Below are positions 9,619 through 19,682 of a stretch of 64,000 bases of DNA, one piece after another (the stretch's first letter is position 1; every line of letters starts with the position of its first letter). The notes below the pieces were generated by a model, which had not been told where the DNA came from, made no database searches, and saw only the letters and a program-made list of their open reading frames with translations. The position numbers and the translations under genes were made by a program. This stretch comes from a virus: the IMG/VR virus record IMGVR_UViG_3300049460_000196, positions 32,001 through 96,000 of that record; one strand, written 5' to 3'.

Positions 9619-10224
9619 TCAAGTCTTAAATGAAAGATCATGTTCGACCTGTCTTGTCGCCCAAGCTCGTTCACTGCAATGAAAGCATTGACCACATGCT
9701 GGAATTGAGTCATGTTTCGGGCACGACCGAGTCAATTCCAATAATTCAGATAAGCCCAATGTCTCGTACAGGTAAATGGTTGCACGCTTATCGAAGGTAA
9801 CAAATGGAGTGGCATAACCACGATACTTATTATCCATCGCAGTTAAGGGACGAGATGGAGCTGGCCCCGTGTAATCCCAGTCAAACGGATTCTGGGTTAC
9901 ACCTGTGTACAGCCAATCCATAGTTTCCATCGTTTGATAGATGTCACGACGCAGCTTATTGTCGATCAACACGAACTCATGTTCACGAGACTTCAACTCT
10001 ACGTTGAATTGATTTTCTAACCAACCCAACGTATTGCTGATACTTGCATTCTTGAGACCATTACGGAAAACTGTATAGATCTTATCAGGCACCAACCCAT
10101 TTGCCAACAGTAGATACATGAGGATCACACTGTCAGCGCCACCGGAATACGAAATACCCGTTTGTCCTTCATGGATGGGTATTATCACATTCCGGTATGG
10201 AGTTGGATAAATGACTTCGCGCAT
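9619..10224 (-). CDS. QueC-like PP-loop ATPase
   Basis: SYSGGADS PP-loop and C-terminal TRSC...CGQCFHCSER zinc motif. Confidence 0.75.
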   Translation of the reverse strand: MREVIYPTPYRNVIIPIHEGQTGISYSGGADSVILMYLLLANGLVPDKIYTVFRNGLKNASISNTLGWLENQFNVELKSREHEFVLIDNKLRRDIYQTMETMDWLYTGVTQNPFDWDYTGPAPSRPLTAMDNKYRGYATPFVTFDKRATIYLYETLGLSELLELTRSCPKHDSIPACGQCFHCSERAWATRQVEHDLSFKT

Positions 10225-11819
10225 TACGATTTGATACCTTTACTTTGCACCGATTCTTGGTCAACCTCTTCCAAGAATGTGAAAGACGAACTCGCACTCA
10301 ATTCATCCAACAGTGGTTTAATATCGCTACCGGTGGCTTCCTTCGTTGCCAGGAAGAAGTAGATGGGTGGCGACACGAAGGTAATACCTGGGCATTCCAG
10401 CGTAACTCGGAACCACATTTGTTTCACCAGTACACCAACTCCCAAATCTGCATTTGGGTCAATACGAATTTGAACCACGCCCGTGTTAGTCACGAATGAT
10501 TTACTCATGATTGCTTCGATGGACTCGTTACCATACGATAACGAGAAGACTGCATTTTCGCCATTGGCTTGTGCCAACGTACTGGCCGGCATCAACATCT
10601 TGATGTCAACAAACATGCTATCATCCATTCCCAACACTTCAACACCCAGATATTGAATATTGTCATCTGGTAATGAGCTAGTATCTGGACGGTGCAAAAG
10701 CTTATTCTCAGCTTGCGACACATTGGTTTGCAAAATCAACGCATTCAATGTTGCGTCGTCGATGATGGCTTTGGTAACATCAGCTGACAATGGAGCACTT
10801 GAACGCAAACTATACAAGACACTTGCGACACCACTAACAAAAGCTGCCGAGAACGACGAACCAGTATTGGTGCTATATTGATTCGTTGTATTGATAGTTG
10901 GCACCGCAACCATGTCACCTGGTGCATATATGTCAATCTTTTTATTCACGCCATATACGTTGTAGAGCGCACGATCATCTTTCGAACTGGCGGCTACCGT
11001 AAACACACCTGGAATACCAGCTGGGGTAACATCGTCAATGTTGAGATCACTATTGCCAGCCGCAGCTACCACCGTGATACCAGCAGCCAAGAGGGCTGCG
11101 ATCTTTTCATCCAAGTAGGCACTACGCGGAATAGCCCAGCTCAGATTGACTACCTTTGGCACTGTTAGGGTGCTTGTGTGGTGAGATAAGATGGCGTCAA
11201 AGATGTCACCCAATTCACCAAGGGTTGGTTTGCGATCTTTGCTGCTGATCTTAACATTGCTGATTGTTGCGTGTGGATTCATACCCAATGTCGCACCTGC
11301 CACCAATGCCGCGATGGCGGTGCCGTGACCCAAGTCATCAGTGCCATCAGTATAGAAAGGCACGGAGAACAAGTCTTCAATAGCTGTATTGGCAAATTCA
11401 GCATGGGTGGCATCGATACCACTGTCCACGATGATCACTTCGACGGGACGTTGAGGTGTGATGTCGGCAAAATATGGATTAGGGATGAATGGACGATATC
11501 GATTTGCGATGCGATTTTCTGCCCATTTGTTAACTGTGTCATCAGCCAACATCTTGATAGGAGCATCAAATGGCTCCATCACTTCGCCTGCTTTGATGCG
11601 TGGAACTGGATCTGCTTCTTCCTCGGTGACCCAGGTACCGTCATCTTTACGGACGTGGAATTGAATGGCGTCGCCTTCAGTTTCCACTGTATCGATCCCA
11701 TCAAATTGTAGAGCAAGATTGATTAAGCCAATGTTTACTTTGTCAATAGATACTTCTCCGGTCATTGCCAGAAAAGCTGCTTCACGTTCCGATGTTTTGA
11801 ATGTGAGTTTTAAGAACAT
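10224..11819 (-). CDS. S8 subtilisin-like serine peptidase
   Basis: IVDSGID, GHGT, AAGN, GSSFSA catalytic motifs; start placed at MFLKLT behind GAGG. Confidence 0.88.
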   Translation of the reverse strand: MFLKLTFKTSEREAAFLAMTGEVSIDKVNIGLINLALQFDGIDTVETEGDAIQFHVRKDDGTWVTEEEADPVPRIKAGEVMEPFDAPIKMLADDTVNKWAENRIANRYRPFIPNPYFADITPQRPVEVIIVDSGIDATHAEFANTAIEDLFSVPFYTDGTDDLGHGTAIAALVAGATLGMNPHATISNVKISSKDRKPTLGELGDIFDAILSHHTSTLTVPKVVNLSWAIPRSAYLDEKIAALLAAGITVVAAAGNSDLNIDDVTPAGIPGVFTVAASSKDDRALYNVYGVNKKIDIYAPGDMVAVPTINTTNQYSTNTGSSFSAAFVSGVASVLYSLRSSAPLSADVTKAIIDDATLNALILQTNVSQAENKLLHRPDTSSLPDDNIQYLGVEVLGMDDSMFVDIKMLMPASTLAQANGENAVFSLSYGNESIEAIMSKSFVTNTGVVQIRIDPNADLGVGVLVKQMWFRVTLECPGITFVSPPIYFFLATKEATGSDIKPLLDELSASSSFTFLEEVDQESVQSKGIKS

Positions 11820-11820
11820 G

Positions 11821-12762
11821 TTATTCCTCTTTATTAATTTGGGCAAGCGCATGGCGCTCGCGTAGAACTTCCGTGATCTCTTCTGGAAGCTCCAATAAAC
11901 TATCGTATTCTGGATACTTACTGTGATGCGGTAATCTGAAAAACTTTTCAAATGCCCAGCCATCACCAGTCATATTGGCAAAATGTTCTTTCACCAATTC
12001 AAACCCTGTATACTTCTGTTGCTGTGGAATAACACTCAAACCCAATCTGTGCATACCGGTCACCTTCGCGATGTAGCGAAGTGCGATATCGGTTGGCATA
12101 TCGGGCTGAAACAGCATGAAAGGTAAGGCGATGTCAAGTGTATATCCAAGGAAATTTCCTACCAAAGGATATTTATTGATTTCAGCAAACGTCATCCAGA
12201 CACTATGACTGCGATTGGAAATGAACTCCCATTTGCCATCTCTTATACATGGTGGATTGCCGCCGCAAATAATAGCTGATGGAGCAAACCGTTCAATCAG
12301 CATTTCGTAGAAACGGCAATGGGCAGATAGCTGTGGCGATGGACAGTTGTATTTGACCACATAGGATGGAAGGTCGCGGCCCAGAAAACTCAATATGTTG
12401 AAGTCAACCAGCGTGTACTTGAATCTATGTGTTGTGCAAAAGGTGATGGCGGAAGAAACGTCATGGATATTCAGGTCATCACGAAATTGCATAATCACAA
12501 TGGTGAATTTCACATTAGCTCGTCGCAGCAAAAGGCATGCCGCCTGACTGTCAATCCCACCACTCAAGGCAACATATATGTTTGGCCCCAAAGATGCGGA
12601 AACGCTTGCTATTGACGCCTGCTGACGAGCCAGGAGTTCGGAAGGGATATAAGCACCAGTAAGTATATCAAATTGAGCGCCAGCTGACATCCGCCAAACC
12701 AGTTTGTTGACTGGTTCGACCGTGGGGGACAACCATTTTTCATGAAAAATACCTGGGGTCAT
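11821..12762 (-). CDS. PP-loop (adenine nucleotide alpha-hydrolase) protein
   Basis: IYVALSGGIDSQ motif. Confidence 0.7.
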   Translation of the reverse strand: MTPGIFHEKWLSPTVEPVNKLVWRMSAGAQFDILTGAYIPSELLARQQASIASVSASLGPNIYVALSGGIDSQAACLLLRRANVKFTIVIMQFRDDLNIHDVSSAITFCTTHRFKYTLVDFNILSFLGRDLPSYVVKYNCPSPQLSAHCRFYEMLIERFAPSAIICGGNPPCIRDGKWEFISNRSHSVWMTFAEINKYPLVGNFLGYTLDIALPFMLFQPDMPTDIALRYIAKVTGMHRLGLSVIPQQQKYTGFELVKEHFANMTGDGWAFEKFFRLPHHSKYPEYDSLLELPEEITEVLRERHALAQINKEE

Positions 12763-12809
12763 TATGATATTTATAATACTTTATTAGCATATTATTGTAC
12801 TAATGCAAC

Positions 12810-13472
12810 ATGATAAATATGAATATGATAAATCTCAATAACTTTAAGGGCATTATTGACTGGCCCACCTTTGGTTTCCTGCATAATGACAACATGCTGA
12901 GTGACGAAGATTTCGCACTCTTGAACGCATATGACTTCCGCAATTGCCAATTACCAGCAGCTGAAGGCAATCGACGAATGAAACAATTCTGGTTGAATCA
13001 ACCGTTCGACGAAAGTGATCCGGTTGAAATGCTGATCAAGCGATTGCTGACTCAACTCAATAGTTGGGACGTACTAAAAAAGTTGATTGAAGATTCTTTG
13101 GCGGCAAACAATCTGGTACCAAGTGATGTCTGGAATGGCACTATCGAGGACGTCGAATCACATTATCTGGGTGTCTTCTGTGCATTCAATGAAGACTCAG
13201 ATGCCTATTACCTGAAGCCACATCGAGACTCTCGCCCAGTAATGCAGCTTTACATCAGCCCAGATGGAGCACCGGTTGGTACACGTTTTCATGTGATGGA
13301 AGATCACAGTATAATGAAACAATTACCATTCAAGGCCAATACGGGATATTTTCAGCTACCATTGAAGCGCGGGGTTCATAGTGCCATGGGTGCGGACGGA
13401 GTCACGCGGCGGTCATTGCTGTTCGGTTGGAACATGATGTATAGCAATAATCTACACCATCGAAATATATGA
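12810..13472 (+). CDS. 2OG-Fe(II) oxygenase-like protein
   Basis: PHRD...GTRF...HS...RRSL; TAAATA late-promoter motif at start. Confidence 0.65.
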   Translation: MINMNMINLNNFKGIIDWPTFGFLHNDNMLSDEDFALLNAYDFRNCQLPAAEGNRRMKQFWLNQPFDESDPVEMLIKRLLTQLNSWDVLKKLIEDSLAANNLVPSDVWNGTIEDVESHYLGVFCAFNEDSDAYYLKPHRDSRPVMQLYISPDGAPVGTRFHVMEDHSIMKQLPFKANTGYFQLPLKRGVHSAMGADGVTRRSLLFGWNMMYSNNLHHRNI

Positions 13473-13551
13473 AGAAAGCCCGGAATTTGCTGAGTGGTTA
13501 ACCAGTCATGCGATCCAGTTCAAAACTGAGGTACCGTTCAAGAACCATCTA

Positions 13552-13779
13552 TTGGGAGTCACATATTATGCTGATTTTGTTTTTGACCATCTGAAGTTGA
13601 TTATTGAACTTGATGGTCGGCAACATCACCAAACTGTTGAATATGATTCCCGACGAGATGCGTATATTACCGCCAACTACGGGCTAAATGTGATTCGCAT
13701 AACTGCAAAGGAATATTTCAATAAAACAAGGGTCTCAGAGATTGAGACCCTTTTGATGCTACGCGGGGCAGGTCATTAG
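13552..13779 (+). pseudogene. DUF559/Vsr-like endonuclease fragment
   Basis: YYADF...LIIELDGRQH...RDAY...VIRI; frame extends upstream without a Met. Confidence 0.6.
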
Positions 13780-13780
13780 A

Positions 13781-13859
13781 CCGTCCGAGGGGATTCGAAC
13801 CCCTATTCCCAGCTCCAATTACGCTTCATGAGGTAGAAGCTCACGGCGGCTACAGACGG
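13781..13859 (-). tRNA. Atypical tRNA-Arg(TCT), D-loop displaced into the variable region, no CCA
   Basis: Acceptor CCGTCTG/CGGACGG, loop CT TCT AC, canonical T arm; TAATTGGA follows the anticodon arm. Confidence 0.6.
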
Positions 13860-13898
13860 TCTAATGACCCGCTCCCGATGTGGGAACAGGTCGGAGGA

Positions 13899-14231
13899 TT
13901 ACGATCCCAGGCGTTGATCCTTGTAGCACTCTGGGCAGTACGGAATATGACGAGTCTTGCCAGTCACAGCCAGATGATACGGATCGGCCACCACGTCATC
14001 AGTCGTGACGCTATGTGTTTTGCAGTGATGGGCAGTTGGCAGAGTATCGCCGCGGATAACTTTAGCCACCGTACCTGGGGTGACCAGATATTGTTCACGT
14101 GGGCCACCGTTAACGATGAAGTTACCGATTTTGGAATTTTCGAACAGGCCGAAGCCTTTGATTTTCAGATGGGTCTTGCCGATGACGTACTCGTAAGTTT
14201 TTTCGTCGACAGTAATTTTGCGATAAGACAT
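13899..14231 (-). CDS. Hypothetical protein with C-terminal CxxC
   Basis: 110 aa ORF with SD GAGG. Confidence 0.7.
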   Translation of the reverse strand: MSYRKITVDEKTYEYVIGKTHLKIKGFGLFENSKIGNFIVNGGPREQYLVTPGTVAKVIRGDTLPTAHHCKTHSVTTDDVVADPYHLAVTGKTRHIPYCPECYKDQRLGS

Positions 14232-14268
14232 TGTGATACCTCACTAAAAAGTGGTTGGGGTGAAACAT

Positions 14269-14348
14269 TGGTGCGCTTGTGTGGACTTGAACCACAGTGC
14301 GGGTGCAGCAAAAAACCGCCCCTGTTCTACCAGTTGAACTACAATCGC
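14269..14348 (-). tRNA. tRNA-like RNA with aberrant anticodon arm
   Basis: Normal D and T arms and CCA; anticodon region GGGGCGG-TTTTTT-GCTGCACC. Confidence 0.5.
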
Positions 14349-14384
14349 CATATACAACAAAAGCCGCTTGCGCGGCTTAGTTAT

Positions 14385-15273
14385 TTAGTACCACTGAGAT
14401 TACATGGTCCTCGTTGACGCTTCGAACATTATTAGCCAGGATTGCGTCCCAACCTTCTTTCGATATCCACTAGAGCCCCTTTCGGGTAATCTAGTACGCC
14501 AACATCATCGCCGTTTTAAGTCAGGCAGTAGACTTGACACAGGGTGCTATTCTACGACTTTCCATCCGTTGACATTCGACTGCCATTAGAGCTTGCGGGC
14601 CCTACGAACTTCTTTTCATAAACCAACTAGGCCTTGCGAGCTTCGCTGAACTTGATTAACTTTCGTCTCAAGTATTAGATGATTTTCACACCCTGCCGAG
14701 GTAGACTTTGCATTTTGTATAAGTAAACGGTTTGATCGTTCGCTCTTTCTCCAATGAAAGTGCCATTTCTGGCGTGCAACTCACTGCGACGTGCTACCTC
14801 AGCTGCTCCAAAGTCTTTTGGACTCCAGAATACAACACGCCACGTATCTTTCGCCTCGCGGGCTACCGGATCGTCTTTCTCGACTAATGTCCACACCCTT
14901 GCGGATAGTCCACCAACCGATAAAACTGCATCATACCTCTTGGGTGCGACCCCTCGAAACATAACACTACCTTTCCCCGTACAAGATGGCAAGTTGGATT
15001 TGTGATGAGACTCGGCTCCCGCCATGTTCTCCCTCAACTGATGTTCCCTAACGAGCAAGCCCGCTAGGCATCTAAGCCAAGGTTCTTTCCATCACTCTTG
15101 CGTCCCAATTATCTCCAGGATAACCTGAAGTGCTTCCTTTCGGAAGCCGGGTCGGCTTGCATAACAGAACCACTTGCATGGCGCGGCTGCGTGAGCTTGA
15201 CCGCTTTCCCCGGGTTGCCCCGGCTCTTCCTTCCAATATACGGCAAGCCGTATACCGTGGAGCTATGCCCCCA
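14385..15273 (-). ncRNA. Large structured ncRNA, GOLLD-like
   Basis: ~890 nt with no convincing ORF and many GNRA-capped hairpins; segments GTGTTGTATT...CAAAAG, GACTTAAAA and terminal GTAATCTCAG match my recollection of GOLLD; next to tRNAs. Confidence 0.6.
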
Positions 15274-15277
15274 AAAC

Positions 15278-15567
15278 TTGTTTTACTCATAAATTCTACA
15301 AATACCCATTAAAGGAACGGCTGATACTAATGGAGCGACCATTATAAGGTTGCGAACCTCGCAGTGAACAAGTCACCGGCATATCAACTATGCGTTAGTA
15401 TCGTCAGGCAGCCGCACTGGCTGTTACTCCCTATTGTCCACCCGCACACGGAACAATCAACTACCGCGGTCAGGTCGCGTGCCATCAGGCAGTAGGTAAT
15501 TGACGGCTAGGATTTACACCTAGTACGTTCCATTAATGAATACTCAGAAAACACATGAGTAAAACAA
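15278..15567 (-). ncRNA. ~290 nt structured ncRNA upstream of the GOLLD-like RNA
   Basis: 13 bp closing stem TTGTTTTACTCAT/ATGAGTAAAACAA plus nested stems; TTGACG-17-TAGAAT promoter at ~15644-15672. Confidence 0.55.
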
Positions 15568-15735
15568 ATTGCTTAAATTGTCCAAGAACATTTTGTTACG
15601 TTGCTTTGTAACCAGTGCTGCGTTGTGCATCACCACAGAACGTATTCTAAAGAAGCCATTTACATCCGTCAATACTTTTTTAGAAATAATTTACTTCTTT
15701 TTGCCAACTTATCAAAACACTAGTAACCACGAGCA

Positions 15736-16101
15736 TTAGTCCATGCCTGGATCTGGTGGCCTGTTGGGATCAGCATAGAACACATGGCGATCTTCAGCAA
15801 ATTTCCAAGCCTGAACATTACACACTAGACGAAGCATTACTACATCCGCAGGTGCCAAATCTTCTATGATGTAATAGTGGGTGTTGATACTGCGTGGATC
15901 AACACCTGCTAACTGGACACGTTGCTCGCGCCACAGTTTGCGAATATCATCCACACTCCAGTGGTCTAACCGATCACCCAGATAGCACGTTGAGTAGGCA
16001 TAATACCAGCGATCAGGAAACAGCCCGTCAAGGATTTCATGCAAACGCACGCACTCCACATAGGTGTGCTTGGCAGTGACACGGTTGTTGAGTAATGACA
16101 T
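15736..16101 (-). CDS. Hypothetical protein
   Basis: 121 aa ORF. Confidence 0.6.
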   Translation of the reverse strand: MSLLNNRVTAKHTYVECVRLHEILDGLFPDRWYYAYSTCYLGDRLDHWSVDDIRKLWREQRVQLAGVDPRSINTHYYIIEDLAPADVVMLRLVCNVQAWKFAEDRHVFYADPNRPPDPGMD

Positions 16102-16299
16102 CAGCCCAGCTTATTGTAGGCCATGAACAGTTCAGCGGCCAGCTCACATGCAGCCAAGATCAGGATGAAGATGCTCTCGTCAAAACTGACGAGACTTTTG
16201 GTGTTCATGTAGAGGTAGACGAATGCGAACAACATATTATTCTTATTCTTATCGTGTGAAGATGTTCAAGGGCCACTATGGGTGTGGCCCTTCTCAAAA

Positions 16300-16692
16300 T
16301 TATTCAAATTCCTGGTAGCATACAACCCGCTGCACAACACCATCGATAAACACAACAGCATCATCGCCATGTTTTGCTTTCCACAGTTGGGCGAAAGCAT
16401 CAAGGCTCAGATTGGTGGCATTGCGGGCATTATGAATATGAGTTGCATGCGACAAACTCAAAGTGCGTTCATGTATCCAGTCACGGGTGATGGGCAATTC
16501 CACTAACCCATTGACTTGCTGTTTCAGCTCAAGAAAATGAACTTGATACGCATCACCAAGAACATATTGTTTGATGCATGCCACCAGTTGCGGATTGTGC
16601 CGAAACGCTTTCCCTGCCTGCTTATGTCGGGTCAACTCACTAATCAATACGGGCACTACTTCATTAGGTATACGTTTTTGCTCAGTATTCAT
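16300..16692 (-). CDS. Hypothetical protein
   Basis: Start moved to MNTEQK to avoid overlap with the RNase P RNA. Confidence 0.6.
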   Translation of the reverse strand: MNTEQKRIPNEVVPVLISELTRHKQAGKAFRHNPQLVACIKQYVLGDAYQVHFLELKQQVNGLVELPITRDWIHERTLSLSHATHIHNARNATNLSLDAFAQLWKAKHGDDAVVFIDGVVQRVVCYQEFE

Positions 16693-16694
16693 GG

Positions 16695-17053
16695 TTTCCA
16701 ACGCCTCATAGCCGGGGTTCTGGTTCTCTTCCATCATTCATCTATGAGCATTACTGCTCATCCTCGCCGCCTTTCAAAACGGGTCATAGGTGCTACAACC
16801 CAGGCACTCGTCAGGTGGAGTCAACATGCCCTGTTTGTATTGCTGCGGAATCGTTGTGGTACAAGCGAAGCTTTTCCGTTCCCTATCTGATATCGAGTCG
16901 TTCAACACGGAGAACGGGGCACCGCAGAAGACACTTAGGCACATATATCAGTCAGTTTATCATTACTAGCTTCTCCCAACAGAGCGATAGCCCTACCTTG
17001 TGCAGCCCCGAACTTCCTCAAGCTTTCGCCTGCGATGGATCGAGCGTTGGAAA
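16695..17053 (-). ncRNA. rnpB: RNase P RNA
   Basis: P1 TTTCCAACGC/GCGTTGGAAA; CR-I GAGGAAGTTCGGGGC; CR-IV/V AGATGAATGAT...CAGAACCCCGGCTAT. Confidence 0.88.
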
Positions 17054-17159
17054 CTGTCGCCAGTATAAATGCTTTCCAGATTCGTATCAAGGATTATTTG
17101 ACGCCATGTGAAAACTTGATTACAAGGCTTTCGATAAATACTGTTTTAATGAGGTATTC

Positions 17160-17624
17160 ATGCGAGCTATCGAAATCTTCCAAAATTCAGTATTGAACGA
17201 ATCAGTTACTGAACAAATAATCGCCAAAGCACAGTCATTTGTTAATGCGGTAAAACGCATGAGTGGTATGGAGACCGCAATGGTGCAAGCTAATAGCTAT
17301 CAGCAAGAATTGTTGAATATTTTTGAGAACTGCGTAGATGCCGAAGATCTCAAAATGAAGATTCAGCAACTTGGTCAAACCATCACGATGTCACAAGTAC
17401 ATGAAGGTGTGGGATCCAAGATTGCCAAGGCATCACTGTTGACTCTGGCTGGTGTTGGTGCGGTAGTATGTGCCAAACTGGTCGGCATCTACAATCAAAT
17501 GGGCCAACCAGATGTTATTGACGGCAGTCATTTGAACATGGTTGGAGGTGTACTGTTTGGTGTTATTCCAGCCGTGTTATGTGCGATGCTGGCTATCTTT
17601 ATCGCCCTTGACAGCCGGGCTTGA
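17160..17624 (+). CDS. Late membrane protein
   Basis: TAAATA upstream, SD GAGG, two hydrophobic C-terminal segments. Confidence 0.7.
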   Translation: MRAIEIFQNSVLNESVTEQIIAKAQSFVNAVKRMSGMETAMVQANSYQQELLNIFENCVDAEDLKMKIQQLGQTITMSQVHEGVGSKIAKASLLTLAGVGAVVCAKLVGIYNQMGQPDVIDGSHLNMVGGVLFGVIPAVLCAMLAIFIALDSRA

Positions 17625-17737
17625 TGGCAAACAACCAATAAAATCAGGACACACTTGTTCTTCTTTTGGTGGATGAGTGGCCGAAAAATTAGTGCGGAAG
17701 ATCATTGGTCGTCCGCACTTGATGCAAGTATAACCCA

Positions 17738-18112
17738 TTAAATGGATACCGCCAACAGGTCAGTGGCCACAACATGTGGCGGCACGTTTGCACGTACATG
17801 ATGCTGAATCAACAGCATACCAATGTATTTGTCGAAGTTGCCGTCATCCGCGTCGTCTACCCAGCCGTTGTAAGGATACGTGGTTTCGTCGTATCCCTCT
17901 TCACCTTCCTGAAACTTCACTAATTCACTTACTGGCGTGGGATCGTCAATCTTCAGACTCAGCTTGTACTTAAAGTCACCGTCCTGATAGTCCAGCATCT
18001 TGTAGTCGTACTCCAATGCATCATCACGAAGCATCTGATACATCCAATCTGGCAAGTCATAGCCACGGATAGTGTGAATATAAGCTGGGCTGTGATCAGT
18101 TATTGCCAACAT
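17738..18112 (-). CDS. Hypothetical protein
   Basis: 124 aa acidic ORF. Confidence 0.65.
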   Translation of the reverse strand: MLAITDHSPAYIHTIRGYDLPDWMYQMLRDDALEYDYKMLDYQDGDFKYKLSLKIDDPTPVSELVKFQEGEEGYDETTYPYNGWVDDADDGNFDKYIGMLLIQHHVRANVPPHVVATDLLAVSI

Positions 18113-18115
18113 GAA

Positions 18116-18724
18116 TTATCCTTCAGATATTAAGCGCTTGATGGTCGCTGTGACCAATTGTGGATCGGCCTTCATTTGACGCATAACTTGCCCCATGAGC
18201 GAGCCGATTGCTTTGTCCTTACCAGACTTAAATTCCTGGACTGCCTTGGCATTCTGCGCCAAGACTGTTTTTACAATCGCATCCAGTTCACTCGTATCTG
18301 CCTCATCCAGTGCCGTAGAGGTCACCAAAACGTCTTCCAGCAAAAGTCCGATGTTGGACGTCAGCAGCACATCTTTCAGCAGCAAACGCGCCTGGTCTTT
18401 GCGAATCAGGTTTTTGTCGAGGAGCTGGGCAATTGCGAACAACGAACGCCCAGCACCATAGTGGTATTCTGGAATGTCGGTCAAGACCAAACCTGATTGA
18501 CTCAGTTGGCCTGACACGTCGTTGATCATGAACTTGTGGAAAACATCCAGATCAGAACTGAGGGTGAAACTTGCCGCATCTTTGCCGTGGAGATTAGCCA
18601 TGACAGCACGGTACATGAGTTCCTGATCTTTCATCACATTGATGTTTTGGTACAGTTTCAGCACCTCGGTATCATCAATGTGGGCAATACTGGCCACAAC
18701 AGCGGCAATTTCTAATTGTTTCAT
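18116..18724 (-). CDS. GatB/YqeY-domain protein
   Basis: C-terminal ELDAIVKTVLAQNAKAVQEFKSGKDKAIGSLMGQVMR; start moved to MKQLE, after the upstream RNA. Confidence 0.8.
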   Translation of the reverse strand: MKQLEIAAVVASIAHIDDTEVLKLYQNINVMKDQELMYRAVMANLHGKDAASFTLSSDLDVFHKFMINDVSGQLSQSGLVLTDIPEYHYGAGRSLFAIAQLLDKNLIRKDQARLLLKDVLLTSNIGLLLEDVLVTSTALDEADTSELDAIVKTVLAQNAKAVQEFKSGKDKAIGSLMGQVMRQMKADPQLVTATIKRLISEG

Positions 18725-18737
18725 ATACGTTAAATTC

Positions 18738-18968
18738 TGGTGGACGCGACGGGACTTGAACCCGCGTATTTCCTTGTACCCGGGCATTACTCCGGGATCT
18801 AACACAACTTGGAAAATCCGCTTCCCTTGCTGTTTATCGCCACCTGTTGCCAGGCCGCTATAGGTGCGGGGTAAAACCATGCGTTATGCCAGACTTGCGA
18901 CTTGGAACCCATTTTATTGGAACCCCTGCCTATTTTTAGGAGTGCATCGCCCTCTTTGCTACGCGCCC
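18738..18968 (-). ncRNA. Ala-acceptor tRNA-like RNA with ~160 nt in place of the anticodon loop (mini-tmRNA-like)
   Basis: GGGCGCG/CGCGTCC-A-CCA with G3-U70, D arm, T arm, long insert between TCCT and AGGA. Confidence 0.65.
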
Positions 18969-19145
18969 ATGTTCATATGGTATTGCCAGTTTACCGGGAA
19001 GTCAAGCGATCTATTACCGCCCAAGCTTTTAGCCGATCAATCTCGAGTGAAATTTCAAGATCCGTGTAACCTTCCAGTTCCATCACGGTGGCGATGTAGA
19101 AATATGGATCAGGCTGTAACGAAGCCCAGATTTTCTTGAGCCAAT

Positions 19146-19370
19146 TCATGATATCAACACTGCATTGGTGGAGATAACTTCGTTAATCAGTTCACGCTGT
19201 TTATCAGCCAAAGCCAAGGGAAACATGGGCGAATCGTATTGCTTCTGGGTTAAGTTGAAGGTTAGCTCAGCGGTCATCAACACACCAACACCCAACCCTT
19301 CCTGAAATTCTTTGGTGGCCCCGTTTACCACTACGGATAGCTTGTAGACTCGCTTGATCGTTTCGGTCAT
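19146..19370 (-). CDS. Hypothetical protein
   Basis: 74 aa, SD AGGAG. Confidence 0.65.
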   Translation of the reverse strand: MTETIKRVYKLSVVVNGATKEFQEGLGVGVLMTAELTFNLTQKQYDSPMFPLALADKQRELINEVISTNAVLIS

Positions 19371-19379
19371 AGCCAGCTC

Positions 19380-19628
19380 CTAGTGAACAGTGTTGTTGCC
19401 AGGCATTACCAGCGCATGATTGTTCCGGTACAGCAAGCCAGCATGAATCATATTCACTTCTTCCACAAACGCACGGATCTTTTCAGGCGATACCATGTCC
19501 TCTTCATGCGACTTGATATCTAGGACAAAAACTTCGACATCAAAGTCTGGTTTAGGCGGAAGAACTTCAGTCCGCTCACTCATGAATTTTTTCAACAGGT
19601 CACGCCATTCCAATTTCTTGTCGTCCAT
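19380..19628 (-). CDS. Hypothetical protein
   Basis: 82 aa, SD AAGGAG. Confidence 0.65.
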   Translation of the reverse strand: MDDKKLEWRDLLKKFMSERTEVLPPKPDFDVEVFVLDIKSHEEDMVSPEKIRAFVEEVNMIHAGLLYRNNHALVMPGNNTVH

Positions 19629-19682
19629 GATTGCTCCTTTTCTGATGTTTCATTTTACACGCAAGTGAACAATCATGCAAGC

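Noticed and set aside
14404-15312. ORFs in the track across the large RNA
   Set aside because: No clear SD or protein motifs; the region is dense in RNA hairpins
18725-18880. N-terminal extension of the YqeY ORF
   Set aside because: Overlaps the tRNA-like RNA; MKQLE is the better start
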